NCBI GenBank assembly: GCA_951406725.2
Contig: OX597817.1
Span: forward strand, 13,020,001-13,084,000
Direction: 5' to 3'
Length of the DNA stretch: 64,000 bases
From: Octopus vulgaris
Taxonomy: Eukaryota
Positions 1-12,015 of this stretch are shown here, piece after piece (position 1 is the stretch's first letter; every line of letters begins with the position of its first letter). The translations under genes and the position numbers were made by a program. The notes under the pieces are model-generated. The model was not told the DNA's origin. It searched no databases and saw only the letters and a list, made by a program, of their open reading frames with translations.

Positions 1-43
1 GTCCCACATTCAAAGAGAACTATATAGGTAAAACTGGCAACAC

Positions 44-270
44 TCTTCGGTTGCATATTTGTGTGAATAAAAATTGTTTTTCTTTGGAATAGAAAAAAAG
101 TTTATCTTTATTTCTTCTTTTGCTGGTGTCTCAAATTTAGGTTAAATCAGTGTTTCTCAAAGGAGAGGCCTATGGGACAGTCGGACGACAAGTTGTTTTG
201 AGAAAATTTTGTTTAAATGTTTGACAACTCAGCACCATCCATTGGACGGGGGGCATTTTGCTCACACATT
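44..270. repeat. Unclassified ~220-bp interspersed repeat; inverted copy at ~4808-5029
   Basis: ACTCTTCGGTTGCATATTTGTGTGAATAAAA...TTTTGCTCA matches the reverse complement of 4808-5029. Confidence 0.75.
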
Positions 271-282
271 TATATATATATA

Positions 283-1525
283 CTCAACAAATCAAATGTG
301 GATGTAATATACCTTGATTTTGCTAAAGCTTTTGACAAAGTGGATCATGGTATGATATGCCACAAACTGTGTGATCTTGGCATAGCTGGAAAACTTGGAG
401 TGGTTACATGACTTTCTGAAAGATAGAAGTCAGGCAGTAGTGGCCAATGGATCCACTTCAATAAAAACACAAATAGTGAGTGGTGTTCCACAGGGCACTG
501 TCTTGGAACACTGCTTTTCATAGTGACCCTCTCAGATATGCCCTCAACTGCCTGGATAGCCACCCTTGCTAGCTACACAGATGATACGAAAGTCTCTCAG
601 AAAATACAGAACCTCAGCGATGATGCACATTTGCAGCAGGAGTTGGACTCAATTTACAGATGGGCTGAGGATAATAATATACAGTTTAATGCTGAAAAAT
701 TCCAAACCCTGCACTACCGGCATCCAAAACTGAATATGAAACTTACAGGGAACACTCCACAGGGAATTACAATCCCAGAGCCTAAATCAGTGAGGGCCTG
801 AGTATCGACATGAGAGACGATACTTCTTTTCAAATAAATGAACATCGCCAGGATGGTGACAAAGAGCAGACGACTGGCTGGATGAATCCTGAGAACATTC
901 AGAAACAGAGATAATGAAACCCTGATGGTCCTCTGGAGGACATTTGTCCTCAGCTCCCTGGATTACTGCTCCCAGTTATGGCCACCCATCAGTGTTAAAC
1001 TAACAGTGGACCTTGAAGTAATCCAGCGAAGCTTCCAAAGAAGATTGTCTCTTAGCAACAGCTCAGCTATTGGGAAAGGCTGAAACAGCTAAGACTCTAT
1101 TCCCTGGAGCAAAGGCGGGAGAGGTATACAGTAATATACATCTGGAAGATCCTGGAAGGAATTATGCCAAATTTTGGCATTGAAAGTTACACCAACGCCA
1201 GAACGAGTCAACACTGCACAATGTCAAAGATCCCAGCAATATTATTGCACTTCAGGACCAGTTACTGCAACAGCCTGGGTTTCAGAGGCTTACAGTTTTT
1301 TAATATTCTCCCAACGAGCCTGAGGAACCTGCACGAAGTAGATGTAGATGGTTTGAAAACAAGGCTGTACCTCATCCTGTCAAAAGTCCCAGACGAACCT
1401 ACCACACGGCAAGAGGTGCAAATGAGGGTAGCTACATCAAACTCCATTATACACCAGTAATAACAGTACAGCAAAATGGCAATGCACCAGCATGGCAAAG
1501 CTCTGAGCTGAAACTACAAAAGAAA
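283..1525 (+). mobile_element. 5'-truncated, degenerate CR1/L2-clade LINE (RT domain to 3' end)
   Basis: YLDFAKAFDKVDH, SGVPQG, SYTDDTK, LDYCSQLW, YWERLKQLRLYSLEQRRER and PDEP motifs spread across frameshifts and stops. Confidence 0.9.
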
Positions 1526-1540
1526 GATATATATTATATA

Positions 1541-2425
1541 TCATCATCATCATCATCATCATCATCATCGTTTAGCGTCCGCTTTCCATGCTAGCATGGG
1601 TTGGACGGTTCAACTGGGGTCTGGGAAGCCAGAAGGCTGCACCAGGCCCAGTTTGATCTGGCAATGTTTCTATGGCTGGATGCCCTTCCTAACGCCAACC
1701 ACTCCGTGAGTGTAGTGGGTGCTTTTTACGTGCCACTGGCACAGGTGCCAGACGAGTCTGGCAAACGGCCACGATCAGACGGTGCTTTTCATGTGCCACT
1801 GGCACGGGGGCCAGGCGAGGCTGGCAACGGCCACGAACGGATGGTGCTTTTTACGTGCCACCAGCACGGCGTGCCATGCCAGTCATCGAATTTCATTTCG
1901 ATTTCACTTGCCCTAACTGGTCTTCACAAGCAGAGTTTAGTGTCCAATGAGGGAAAGGTATGCAAGGTTATGGTCTCACATGGATTTGCCAGGTCTTCTC
2001 AAGCACAGCATATTTCCAAAGGTCCCGGTCACTAGTCATTGCCTCGATGAGGCCCAATGTTCGATGGTCATGCTTCACCACCTCATCCTAGATCTTCCTG
2101 GGTCTACCTCTTCCACAGGTTCCCTCAACTGCTAGGGTGTGGCACTTTTTCACACAGCTACCCACATCCATTCTCGCCACATGGCCATACTAGTGCAGTC
2201 ATCTCTCTTGCACATATCTGATGCTTCTTAGGTCCAACTTTTCTCTCAAGGTACTAACACTCCAACTATGTGGCAGAAGTAGTTCTCTGCACATTTTCAG
2301 TGTTTATTGCTCCAGAGCATCTGCTACATACAAAAACTATCTTCACAGTTAGCCTTCCTTTGATATTGCTGCACTTCTTATGTGTCCATAGCTTATACTG
2401 GATACATCTTATCCAGTATAAGCTA
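1541..2425 (-). mobile_element. RTE-clade LINE 3' portion: Cys/His-rich insert, RT C-terminus, long 3' UTR with minisatellite and (ATG)n tail
   Basis: Minus strand encodes CIQYKLWTHKKC...FVCSRC and YGHVARM...VEGTCGRGRPRK (RTE signature). It runs continuously into the window's commonest repeat. Confidence 0.85.
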
Positions 2426-2564
2426 GGGGGACAAACACAGACACAGACACACAAACACACACACACATATATATATATACATATATACGACAGGCTTCTT
2501 TCAGTTTCCGTCAACCAAATCCACTCTCAAGACATTGGTCGGCCTGGGGCTATAGCAGAAGACA

Positions 2565-3188
2565 CCTTTTTCATGGCTTTCTTGAGAAAATTGTAATTTG
2601 TAAGTTTAACGTAGTTTAATTCTTTGAATTTTAACCAATCGATGGCTTCTATTGAGCTAAAATCATTTGCTGCATCTAAAACTGAGACAACATCCTGTCA
2701 CTGACCCTAACCCTGACCCTAAATTTTAGCCTTTCAGTTTTTTTTTCTTAATTGGTAAATTAATTTAATTGTTATGCGTGTGTCTAAAATTATTCGTTTT
2801 GAGATACACGTGTATTGTTTAAAATATTTTCCATTGCTTAAGAAAAAAGAAACGAAAGGCTAAAACGAAAACAATGGAAAATAATTTAAACAATTAACAA
2901 ACAAAATAATTCTATAATTTTATACACACGCTTTCCAAATGTAAACATAACAGTGACAGGATGTTGTCTCAATTTTAGACGCAGCAAATGATTTTAGCTC
3001 AATAGAGGCCATCGATGGGTTAAAATTCGAAAAATTAAACTACGTTAAACTTACAAATTACAATTTTCTTAAGAAAGCCAAGAGAAAAAAATGTTTTATT
3101 TTGATACATTCTACCAGTATACGAAGTTTAAAAGTGTCTAGTTAACTAGAAATTGTGTTGAAAACTGCCATTCAAAAGGAAAAGAACC
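2565..3188. mobile_element. MITE with long inverted repeats (~135 bp arms, 2565-2703 vs 2951-3090); left end truncated
   Basis: The arms are reverse complements. The right end AAAACTGCCATTCAAA..AAAAGAACC resembles the terminal inverted repeat (TIR) at 6303-6692. Internal CCCTAA repeats. Confidence 0.7.
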
Positions 3189-3824
3189 GAAAAAAAACCA
3201 TCTGAAACACTACAAAGAAAGACTTCAGAAAAAAATCCCACTTCCATTGCGCACGCACACATTCACATACCCTCCCTCTTACATAAACACATATATTCAC
3301 AGAGCGTTGAAACGGTGATTTATTTTTTCGGTGTACTATTTTCATCATCCCACTACCAAGTATGACATGACCCCCTTCCTTTCTCATTCATAAACACAAG
3401 AGTATTATTATAGTAGATTATCTTGGTAACCATGGGTGCCATGGAAAAATACAAAGCCCAGCAACACCACCGGATCATTCTACACATCTGTGTAGTTTTT
3501 CGCACAATTCCACCCAGCCGTTTGACCGTGAATCCCAGGACAAGAAAGAATCGCCCATGTCAAATTTATATGTATAGATAATATATATATAACATATATA
3601 TTCTTTTATTGTTAAATTTTTTTTGTTTCAGTCATTTGACTGCGGCCATGCTGGAGCACCACCCTTAGTGGAACAAATCATCCCCAGGACTTATTCTTCA
3701 TAAGCCTAGTACTTATTCTATCGGTCTCTTATGCCGAACTGCTAAGTTATGGGGATGTAAATACACCAACATCGGTTCTCAAGCAAGAATGGGGGGGACA
3801 AACACAGACACAAATACACACATA

Positions 3825-4658
3825 GGGTCTTTTCGGTTTGACTGTCAGATTTTTAAATAATTTCCACGTAACTAAACACTTTTAAACTTCGTATACTGAT
3901 AGAATGTGTTTATAAAACATCTTTTTTCTCTTGGCTTTATTGAGAAAATTCTATAGTTTGTAAGATATTTGTTGTTCTTTTTTCTTCAATTTCTGCAATT
4001 TCAACTAATAGGCGCAGGAGTGGCTGTGTGGTAAGTAGCTTGCTAACCAACCACATGGTTCCGGGTTCAGTCCCACTGCGTGGCATCTTGGGCAAGTGTC
4101 TTCTGCTATAGCCCCGGGCCGACCAATGCCTTGTGAGTGGATTTGGTAGACGGAAACTGAAAGAAGCCTGTCGTATATATGTATATATATCTATATGTTT
4201 GTGTGTGTATGTGTTTGTGTGTCTGTGTTTGTCTCCCTAGCATTGCTTGACAACCGATGCGGGTGTGTTTACGTCCCCGTCACTTAGCGGCTCGGCAAAA
4301 TAGACCGATAGAATAAGTACTGGGCTTACAAAGAATAAGTCCCGGGGTCGATTTGCTCAACTAAAGGCGGTGCTCCTGCATGGCCGCAGTCAAATGACTG
4401 AAACAAGTAAAAGAGTAAAGAGTAAAGAGAATTAATGACATCTATTGAGGTGAAAACATTCTGTGCCGTATGAATATGTCCCTCGTTTAAGAAACAGATT
4501 GGGTTTATTTACATTTCTGAAAAATAAAAGACACCCTTCCCCCACCCCTAACCCTAAAACAGATTGAAATGCAATAGATCGATATTAGGGTCATAATTAT
4601 GGGTGACAATTTCATATGACACCGCTAGAAAAAACTCCCGTTCAAACCGAAAAGATCC
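3825..4658. mobile_element. GG-terminated MITE with a nested SINE
   Basis: TIR GG(G)TCTTTTCGGTTTGA / TCAAACCGAAAAGATCC; same family as 6303-6692; interrupted by the SINE at 4010-4430. Confidence 0.8.
4010..4430 (+). mobile_element. Full-length tRNA-derived SINE (family A)
   Basis: GGCGCAGGAGTGGCTGTGTGGTAAG head with B-box-like GGTTCAGTCCC, internal (TA)/(TG) tract and (AGTAAAAG)n tail; many copies in the window. Confidence 0.9.
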
Positions 4659-4756
4659 CACAAATATAAAGTATATATATATATTAAAATTTTATGTATT
4701 GATTAAGTCTTTCCTTGTTTGATTTTAAAATAGTGGTTTTGTCTCGAATTATATTA

Positions 4757-4812
<56 letters not shown>

Positions 4813-5159
4813 CAAAACGCCCTCCCCCGTCCAATGGACGTTGCTCAGTTGTTAAACATTTAAACCAAATTTTCTCAAAACAACATGTCCGACCGTCCCA
4901 TAGGCCTCCCCTTTGAGAAACACTGATGTAACCTAAATTTGAGACGCCAGCAAAAGAAGAAATAAAGATAGACTTTTTTCTATTCCAAAGAAAAACGATT
5001 TTATTCACACAAATATGCAACCGAAGAGTTTAAAGTACCAGTAATGATAAGGCTGTTGACGGGGAGAACACAAAATTGGTTTAAACAGTTCTTTTCATTA
5101 TAAAATGATTAAGCATACCTGTATTTCAATAAAATTTTTGGTTTTGTTAACCTAAGTTA

Positions 5160-5560
5160 AGGCAAAAGAAAAAAAAAAGAATTCTTGAGAAACCAAATAG
5201 TCTTTCCTTCCTTCATACCAAGTTTGAAGAAAATATCTCTTTTGCATCTTACTTTTTTGGTCCCATTTTGTGGCGTTATTTCAAGCCAGCCGGCCTTTTT
5301 TGCGCAAACTGCACGTGCATTTTTCTCACGTAAGCGTAGTATCGATCGCAACAGCTGATGTACTTGCGCGTACAAATGCACGTTCCCACGGCTTTATCGA
5401 TCGCATTCTCACCTGGAATCGATTTTTGTAATTTTTTCAAGACTTATACACGCCCTGATATCGTCGGTATCTACATATTAATTTGAGCGCAATCGGATGG
5501 AGGATGCCCGAGATCCTAGAAGACACACACACACACACAGACAGAACGGATTTTATATAA
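5160..5560 (+). mobile_element. Helitron-like non-autonomous element, partial
   Basis: Ends with AATCGG...(AC)n ACAGACAG...TTTTATATAAT, the same 3' architecture as 27298-27656. Confidence 0.45.
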
Positions 5561-5585
5561 TATATATATATATGTATACACACTT

Positions 5586-5913
5586 GGTACTACTAGCGAA
5601 CAGTGGTCCCGGTGCGCGCACTCGCGCTAGTTAGTCGTAAGTAGTCGATCCTACAACGACTTGCGCGTATGTTTGTATTTCAAGGCTGAATCCATATCAA
5701 AGAAAATTAAATAATATTTTTCGAACAAAGTAAATAAAACGCTAAGTAAATCATTTTTTTAAAACTAAGTAAATAAATTATTTTTATAAACAAATTAGGG
5801 CTAGGGTTAGGTTTAGGGTTAGGTTAAAAAGTCGTTGTAGGATCGACTACTCACGACTAGCTAGCGCGGATGCGCGAGTGCGCGCACCGGGACCACTGTT
5901 CGCTAGTAGTACC
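5586..5913. mobile_element. Merlin-type MITE with 9-bp TSD
   Basis: Long TIRs beginning GGTACTACTAGCGAAC; perfect TSD TACACACTT at 5577-5585 and 5914-5922; internal TTAGGG-like array. Confidence 0.85.
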
Positions 5914-6302
5914 TACACACTTTATCAATTAAGCTGCAAAGACATCCCAAAAACTGGTTCACTTCCCGTTCGTCGGACAGTTTTGGTGTGTGTGTGTATA
6001 TATATATATATAATAGTTTAAATTTGCAGAAAACAAAAGACGAAGACAGGTGAAGGAATAAGCAGGTGTATTAGTTTAATGCGCGGGAAGAATGGAAAAG
6101 TCTTTGACGCTTTGAGCCTCTGCTCTTCGACGGAACCGATTGAGAGGAAAAGAAAACGGAGAGAAAAAAGAATGTGTAAGGATTAACGTGTTAACATGTT
6201 GAAATGACCGGAAGAAAGAAGCTATAAAAAATGGCACACTTAAGTAGGTGTACCCAAAACTATTTAATGAATATGAAATAAAATGTTCGTGAGAACACTT
6301 TT

Positions 6303-6692
6303 GGGATCTTTTCGGTTTGAACGGCAGTTTTTAACATAATTTCTAGGTAACTAAAAAATTTTAAACTTCGTATACTGGTAGAATGTGTTTATAAAACATC
6401 TTTTTCTCTGGGCTTTATTGAGAAAATTCTATAGTTTGTAAGATATTTTTTTTTCTTCAATTTCTACAATTTCAACCAATCAGTGACATCTATTGAGTTA
6501 AAAAGCATTCTGTGCCGTATGAATATGTCCCTCGTTTAAGAAACAGATTGTGAAGAAAAAAAGATACCCTTCCCCATCCCCTAACCCTAAAAGAGATTGA
6601 AATGCAATAGATCGATTCTAGGGTCATAATTATGGGTGACAATTTCATATGACACCGCTAGAAAAAACTGCCGTTCAAACCGAAAAGATCCC
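6303..6692. mobile_element. GG-terminated MITE
   Basis: TIR GGGATCTTTTCGGTTTGAACGGCAGTTTTT and its exact reverse complement at the right end. Confidence 0.85.
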
Positions 6693-6799
6693 ATTTTTTT
6701 TTTTTTTTATGGAAAGAGAAAAAAATATTCTTCTAAATATTTTTGTTTTAACTAAGTAATTTTTGTTCGCGGGAGTTTATTTTGACACAACTAAAGTCA

Positions 6800-6890
6800 C
6801 TAAACTGCCCTTCGTTTCTTCACACGACATCCTATCACCGAGACATTCTTTTGCTTCAGTATCATAGAGTTAATTCTAGCGTAAAACAAA
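6800..6890 (-). CDS. Candidate secreted prepropeptide, exon 2 ([LFYAR]INSMILKQKNVSVIGCRVKKRRAV*)
   Basis: Pyrimidine tract with two in-frame acceptors (exon start 6890 or 6875); phase 2 matches exon 1. TAG at 6802-6800 and AATAAA about 17 nt downstream. Confidence 0.4.
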
Positions 6891-7299
6891 CTAGTGATGA
6901 GATAACAAGATAACAAGTAAAGATTCTTCAGCAAACATCTATGTCATATCCACTCGACAAATATATGGATTAACAAATTTATATGGAAGTGTTATACTTC
7001 TAAAGTCGATTCAGTACACATCTGATATATTTCTTTTATCGATCTAAATGAATGGAAGGTAAAGTCGAAACTAGAGAGATTTGAACTAAGAGTGCAGACG
7101 ATCGAAACTAAACACCTCATGTCATTTAGCAGACGGCATTGTCTTCTGTCTGTCCACCGCCTTTTCCAGTGGTTATTAAATAATTATTGAAACATATTTA
7201 GATCTAAATAATCATTTGGAGTAAAATATTCTCGTACAATATTCACTGCTAACTGTTAATTCTTAATAAACAAATGAAATAATAACAAAATAAACTCAC

Positions 7300-7409
7300 A
7301 GTTGGTTGGAAATGTCACGTTTCTTCCTTACTTCTGTTCCTTCTGATACCATAATGATCAAAAAGATTGCAGAGAAACTAAGGATGATGTTCACAAAAGA
7401 GATATGCAT
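7300..7409 (-). CDS. Candidate secreted prepropeptide, exon 1 (MHISFVNIILSFSAIFLIIMVSEG-TEVRKKR-DISNQL)
   Basis: ATG at 7409, hydrophobic signal-like helix ending in S-E-G, convertase site RKKR, consensus donor CT|GTGAGT. TATA-like AT run about 35-45 nt upstream. Confidence 0.6.
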
Positions 7410-8399
7410 TTGGTCATTTATATATGACTCTCAGTTTTTTTCAATATATATATGTTTAAGCCGCTAAATTTCTTCTCAGTTCTGAGCGCAGCTAAATTAA
7501 CAACGTTTAGTGACACTTTTGTTGTTTTATCCGCCTCGTCTTATTCATTTGCTTTCTCATGTCCTTGTTTGCTCGTTTGATGGAAGTGTGTAAGTGTGTC
7601 TTTGCAATTATTCTTAGTAAGTTTATAATCACAAAAGACTTCTTTGTGCCAGTCACAAAGAAGTTAATTTATAAACGTATCCTCTCATGTGACATTCTAA
7701 ACAAACAAGCTAATTAATTTTGAATTCCTTATCACACTGATTAATGTCGAATACTCACCATCTTTACACTATACAATTAAACCTGGAGATATTATCTTCA
7801 AAACAGATATATATATGACAATTATACGATGCATATTTTACTATCTTTTACACAGTTATTAAGCATTTTTGTAGCGCAAACCATTACTGATATCTGCTTA
7901 CAAGAACCGTTGTAAGTATTGTAACCTAAAAAGACCTTTTGATACCGCAATTCCGATTTCCAATAGATTTCATTTTATTCATGGTTTTAATGCCATTTGA
8001 AAAGGTATGTCATCAAATCAGACATTTTTCTTTTACTCATCAGAAATCTTGAACATAAAATACATTTATATGAAGGACAGTAGAGTGACTCCAGATAGTA
8101 AAACGCTAGGCTAAATGTAATTACAATATGAACCTGTCTCTCTCAAACCTCGCCATGATGATATTTCCGGTATCCTGAAAATATGCGACAGTTACTTAAT
8201 GTCTCAACACAATGTTTCTCTCTGGGAAAGACTTGTAAGAACTGAGAAAAGACCGGACAAAATGCCATGTTTAATCAAATTATATGGCTTAAAACTTCTT
8301 TAATTTGTCCAACACCATGACAAAAAAGGAGCAATTCTATGGGCGCAAGCTTTGTTTTGTCGTCTCATAAATGGAGATGGTGGTGTAAAAAACTTTCAA

Positions 8400-9322
8400 T
8401 ATTTAGGGTGGCGAATGATATCCGTCAGTTTGAGAACCACTACTCTGACGCCTATGTAAGAAATAATTATTCTGTATCGCGAAAGGTGCGTCTGCATCAC
8501 GGTTTCAATTCCTATTTAAAGCTGGCGACACTGCTCCTCTTGCTCAAAAAAACTGTGTAGATGTACAAAAAAACTGGAACCATGGACGTAGAATTGATGG
8601 TCCTTGGGTCTTTGATATGAAACAAGGCTCCGACAGTCGATACTTCTATGTGCAACGGCGTGAGATGAACACTATCACCAATCATTGAGCGGGAATGTGA
8701 AAAAGATTAAGTAATTCACTCAGATGAATGGTTTGCATATTACCCGACCATCTTACCCCGTTGGTGATGAGAAACGATGATGCCACACACTTCTCTGCAC
8801 ATATTATACCAGTCATTTACCGTATTGGAAGACTTTCCTGTTACAGCGTAGACAAGATACTACGGCAGACCGTACACTAAATGCCATGGGTTATCGCCAT
8901 TTTTCAGTGAATCGTCAAGAACATTATGTGGATCCAGTGACAGAAATATATACTCGGGCTATTGAGAGTACATGGTTGGATTTCAAAACAACTATTCTAA
9001 AGAAAATGAGAGGCGTTTTTAGTGAGCTTTTCCAGTCACACCTTGATCGCTTTTGCTGGGAAGTTTTGAGAAAAGATGCAGCAGATTTGCTTGAGGCATT
9101 CTTAAATGATGTACGAAGTGTGTACCGTTAATTAAGACTTAGGTGTAAGCTATTAATAAATCATTATTCAACATTATTCAATTTGTTTCTATCATCCTGT
9201 AGTATAAAGTTCTTAAAGCGGAGGTAGATCGCACGCTAAAGTGTAAAAGGTAGACTGCACGCTAAAAGTAATTTCACAGCGTAGACAGGATACTGCGGTG
9301 GACCGCACGCTAAAGTAGTACC
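8400..9322 (+). mobile_element. Degenerate Merlin (IS1595/ISXO2-like DDE) transposon
   Basis: GRRIDGPWVF, IHSDEW..Y, H..VN....YVDP.T..YT.AIESTW and SHLD.F.W motifs with stops and an insertion at ~8741-8875. Subterminal repeats and terminus ...AAAGTAGTACC at 9322. The left end was not identified. Confidence 0.85.
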
Positions 9323-9779
9323 CAATGCTTATCCATCCTAAATGAAGAACTGCAGCCAAGGAAAATTTGTTAAAGAGAGACATGTTGCTTGTGCTTCCAA
9401 AGCTCGTCGCTTTCTGATTTACTTATGTACTTGTGCTTATAAACCTACAAAAGTGCGGGAACTCCTGAAACACTATAGGACATTTTCTAATAAGGGGTGA
9501 TATTCCAGCAAGTTGATTGGTTAATAATCAGGATATGTCATCTGATTTAAGTGTAGTCAAGGCCTAGGTATTAAAGTTTTAAAGTTTCGATTCTTGGCCT
9601 CGCTGCACACCTCACTGCATATGAAAGATTTTGGAATGACTTTGTAGCGAGACTAATTTCATAATTGCATGTTTAGACTTAAGTACTTGGAAATCGGCTC
9701 CAGGCGTAAGTCTCTAATGATTGGTCATGTGACGCTGAAATACTTTGTCGAGCCAAGCATTTGGATCGGTGTAATTTTA

Positions 9780-10723
9780 CACGAGATACGAAGTGTGTAT
9801 CTTATCGCGTTGCGCAATAGACCACCAGACGAGGCAAATTAAAAATGTTGGTTTGAGCCAGTTTTTGTTAATAAATAGCATAAAGTTTTTTCATTTTATC
9901 AGGGGAAGAGTTTGTTTTCAAGAAACCACGTCGCATTATTTTGCTTCCTGTAGAAGCATGTGTAACCAAGTTTGACTGAGTTGAAAAGCCAACGATGAAT
10001 GATTTTCTACAGTTCATATTTTCTTCGTGATGTATTAATCTGGTTCGTTGTATAATTCTATTTAGCTGAAGAATAAAGTGTCGCTTTTAATCGAAAGCTC
10101 GTTTTTAGTATTATTTCCATCAAAATGTATGCGATTCATAAGAAGCAAGAATTCGTTTTTTTTTTTTTCAGGTCTTACGTTCCTATGTGTCATATATGAA
10201 CAGGTTTTTTTCGGTTCTTCAGTATGTATCTCATCCTGGTATTGTGGTAACAGCGAAATTAATTTCAAGTCCTTTTGTTTGGCCCATTGCGCAAAAAGAC
10301 GTTCAAAATTGGGCCTGCACTTGAATATCGTACCAGAAAGATAAAGTTCAACGCCACATCAAGACACCTTTAGGCACTTTTGCTACTCTGGAAGTAGATT
10401 TAAATACATCCACATAGATATTGTGGGTCCTTTGCCACCAGCTCAAGATAATATATATTTGTTGGCCTGTATAGCTCGTTTTTCTAGATAGCCTGAAACT
10501 ATACCTATCAAGGACTTTTCATCTCTCGCTGTTGCAAAGGCTCTTATAGCCGGGTGGATTTCGCGTTTTTGGAGCCCCTACTATAACTGCTGATAGAAGC
10601 CGACAGTTTGAATCGAATCTCTTTGCACTTTCAAACTTGCTGGGTCCGTGGCGAATCCGTACCACTACATGCCACCCCATGTCTAACGGGTTGAGAGAGC
10701 GTTTTCACCGTCAATTGGAAACT
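9780..10723 (+). mobile_element. Ty3/Gypsy pol relic (integrase), split by a mariner; resumes briefly at ~12018
   Basis: SHPGI..T.KLI...FVWP, IHIDIVGPLP, W.SRF, TAD..RQFES and HP.SNGL.ERFHRQL motifs. Confidence 0.85.
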
Positions 10724-10725
10724 TA

Positions 10726-12015
10726 CGAGGGGCGTTCAATAAGTAATGCCCCTGACCCACTTCCCATAGCAGTAGAGCAACGAAACTTGGCACAGTTATT
10801 AGTCCTTTTCTACATAGGAACCACCCAGAGTTACGCATTTCTCCCATTGTTTGGTGCAGCTCTGGAGACCGTTTTTGTAGAAGACCCCAGCTTGGTCCTC
10901 CAGCCTGAACGTGACTTCAGAAATCAAGGCTGCATCATCTGGGAAACGCTTTCCTTTCGAAAACAACTTCTTGACTGGGAAGAGGTGAAAATCAGAGAGT
11001 GCAAGGTCAGGAAAGTAGGGGGATGGGGGAGGAGTTCATAGCCATACGCCTGTGCTTCTGATATGGCGACAAGCGAGTTGTGGACCGGAGCGTTGTCCTG
11101 CAGGAGGAGGATGCCTTTGCTGATCTTGCCCCGCCTCTTGATTTTGATAACTTCTCTTAATTTCCTCAAAAGTGAAGCATAATAGGCTCCTGCAATTGTG
11201 GTACCCTTTGCCAGGAAATCTGTCATCACTACTCCGTCCTGGTCCCAGAAGACTGTGAGCATGACCTTGCCAGCGGAGGGCAGCACCCTTGCCTTCTTTG
11301 GAGGGGGTGAGTCACGGTGCTTCCACTGCATTGACTGGGCTTTGGTCTCTGGATCATCGTGATGGACCCAGGTTTCATCCTGTGTAATTAGTCTTTTGAA
11401 AAATTTTGACTCATCTTCTTGGCACATCTCCAAATTCACCCTCGAGCACTCGACGCGTTCTTGCTTCTGGAAAGGCGTGAGCAACCTGGGAATCCATCTG
11501 GCAGACACCTTTTGCATATGCAAATGGTCATGAATGATAGTTTCCACAGACCCGGTACTAATCTTGACCTCATGGGCTATTTGGCGAATAATTATGCGTC
11601 GATCTTCCAAAATGGCAGCCTCAACTTAACGGACAGATGCCTCATCAATGGCAGAAGGGGCGACCAGATCTGGGAGCTGTTTCCACAGAGTTCCAACCAT
11701 GTTTGAATTCACGATGCCAGCGTTTTACAAGGTCATAGGATGGGGCATCATCACCATAAGTTACTTTCATTTCATCAAAAGTCTCCCGTGGTGTGCGTCC
11801 TTTCAAATACAAAAACCGGGTCACTGCTCGACACTCAACAGGCTCCATTTCACACTTGACTCGGTTCAAACACCTGTAAATCAGAAACCACAATTAATTC
11901 AGAGCTGTAATTTGCCACTTACTCTATAGAGATATAAATGATTGCACATGCAAAATTTCAGCTAGATCAAACAACTCTAAGTGGGTCAGAGGCATTACTT
12001 ATTGAACGTCCCTCG
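10726..12015 (-). mobile_element. Full-length (1290 bp) mariner with a frameshifted transposase
   Basis: TIRs CGAGGGGCGTTCAATAAGTAATGCC and TA TSDs at 10724-25 and 12016-17. HTH region, WIPRLLT, DETW, QDNAPVH and HPP motifs in ORFs 11645-11893 and 10924-11610. Confidence 0.95.

Noticed and set aside
1601-2035. Recurrent ORFs such as MDGSTGV...LDALPNANH and MPRSGTEPGTMWLV (many in the track)
   Set aside because: These are translations of RTE 3' UTR and SINE copies; frames and stops vary between copies, so they are not a gene family.
5040-5155. Alternative downstream exon for the 7300 donor
   Set aside because: Phase-2 reading from the nearest good acceptor stops after three codons, and the acceptors at 6890/6875 fit better.
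8500-9131. Bacterial IS1595 contamination or recent gene transfer
   Set aside because: The sequence is degenerate, embedded in host repeats and matched by a host MITE, so it is explained by the eukaryotic Merlin superfamily.
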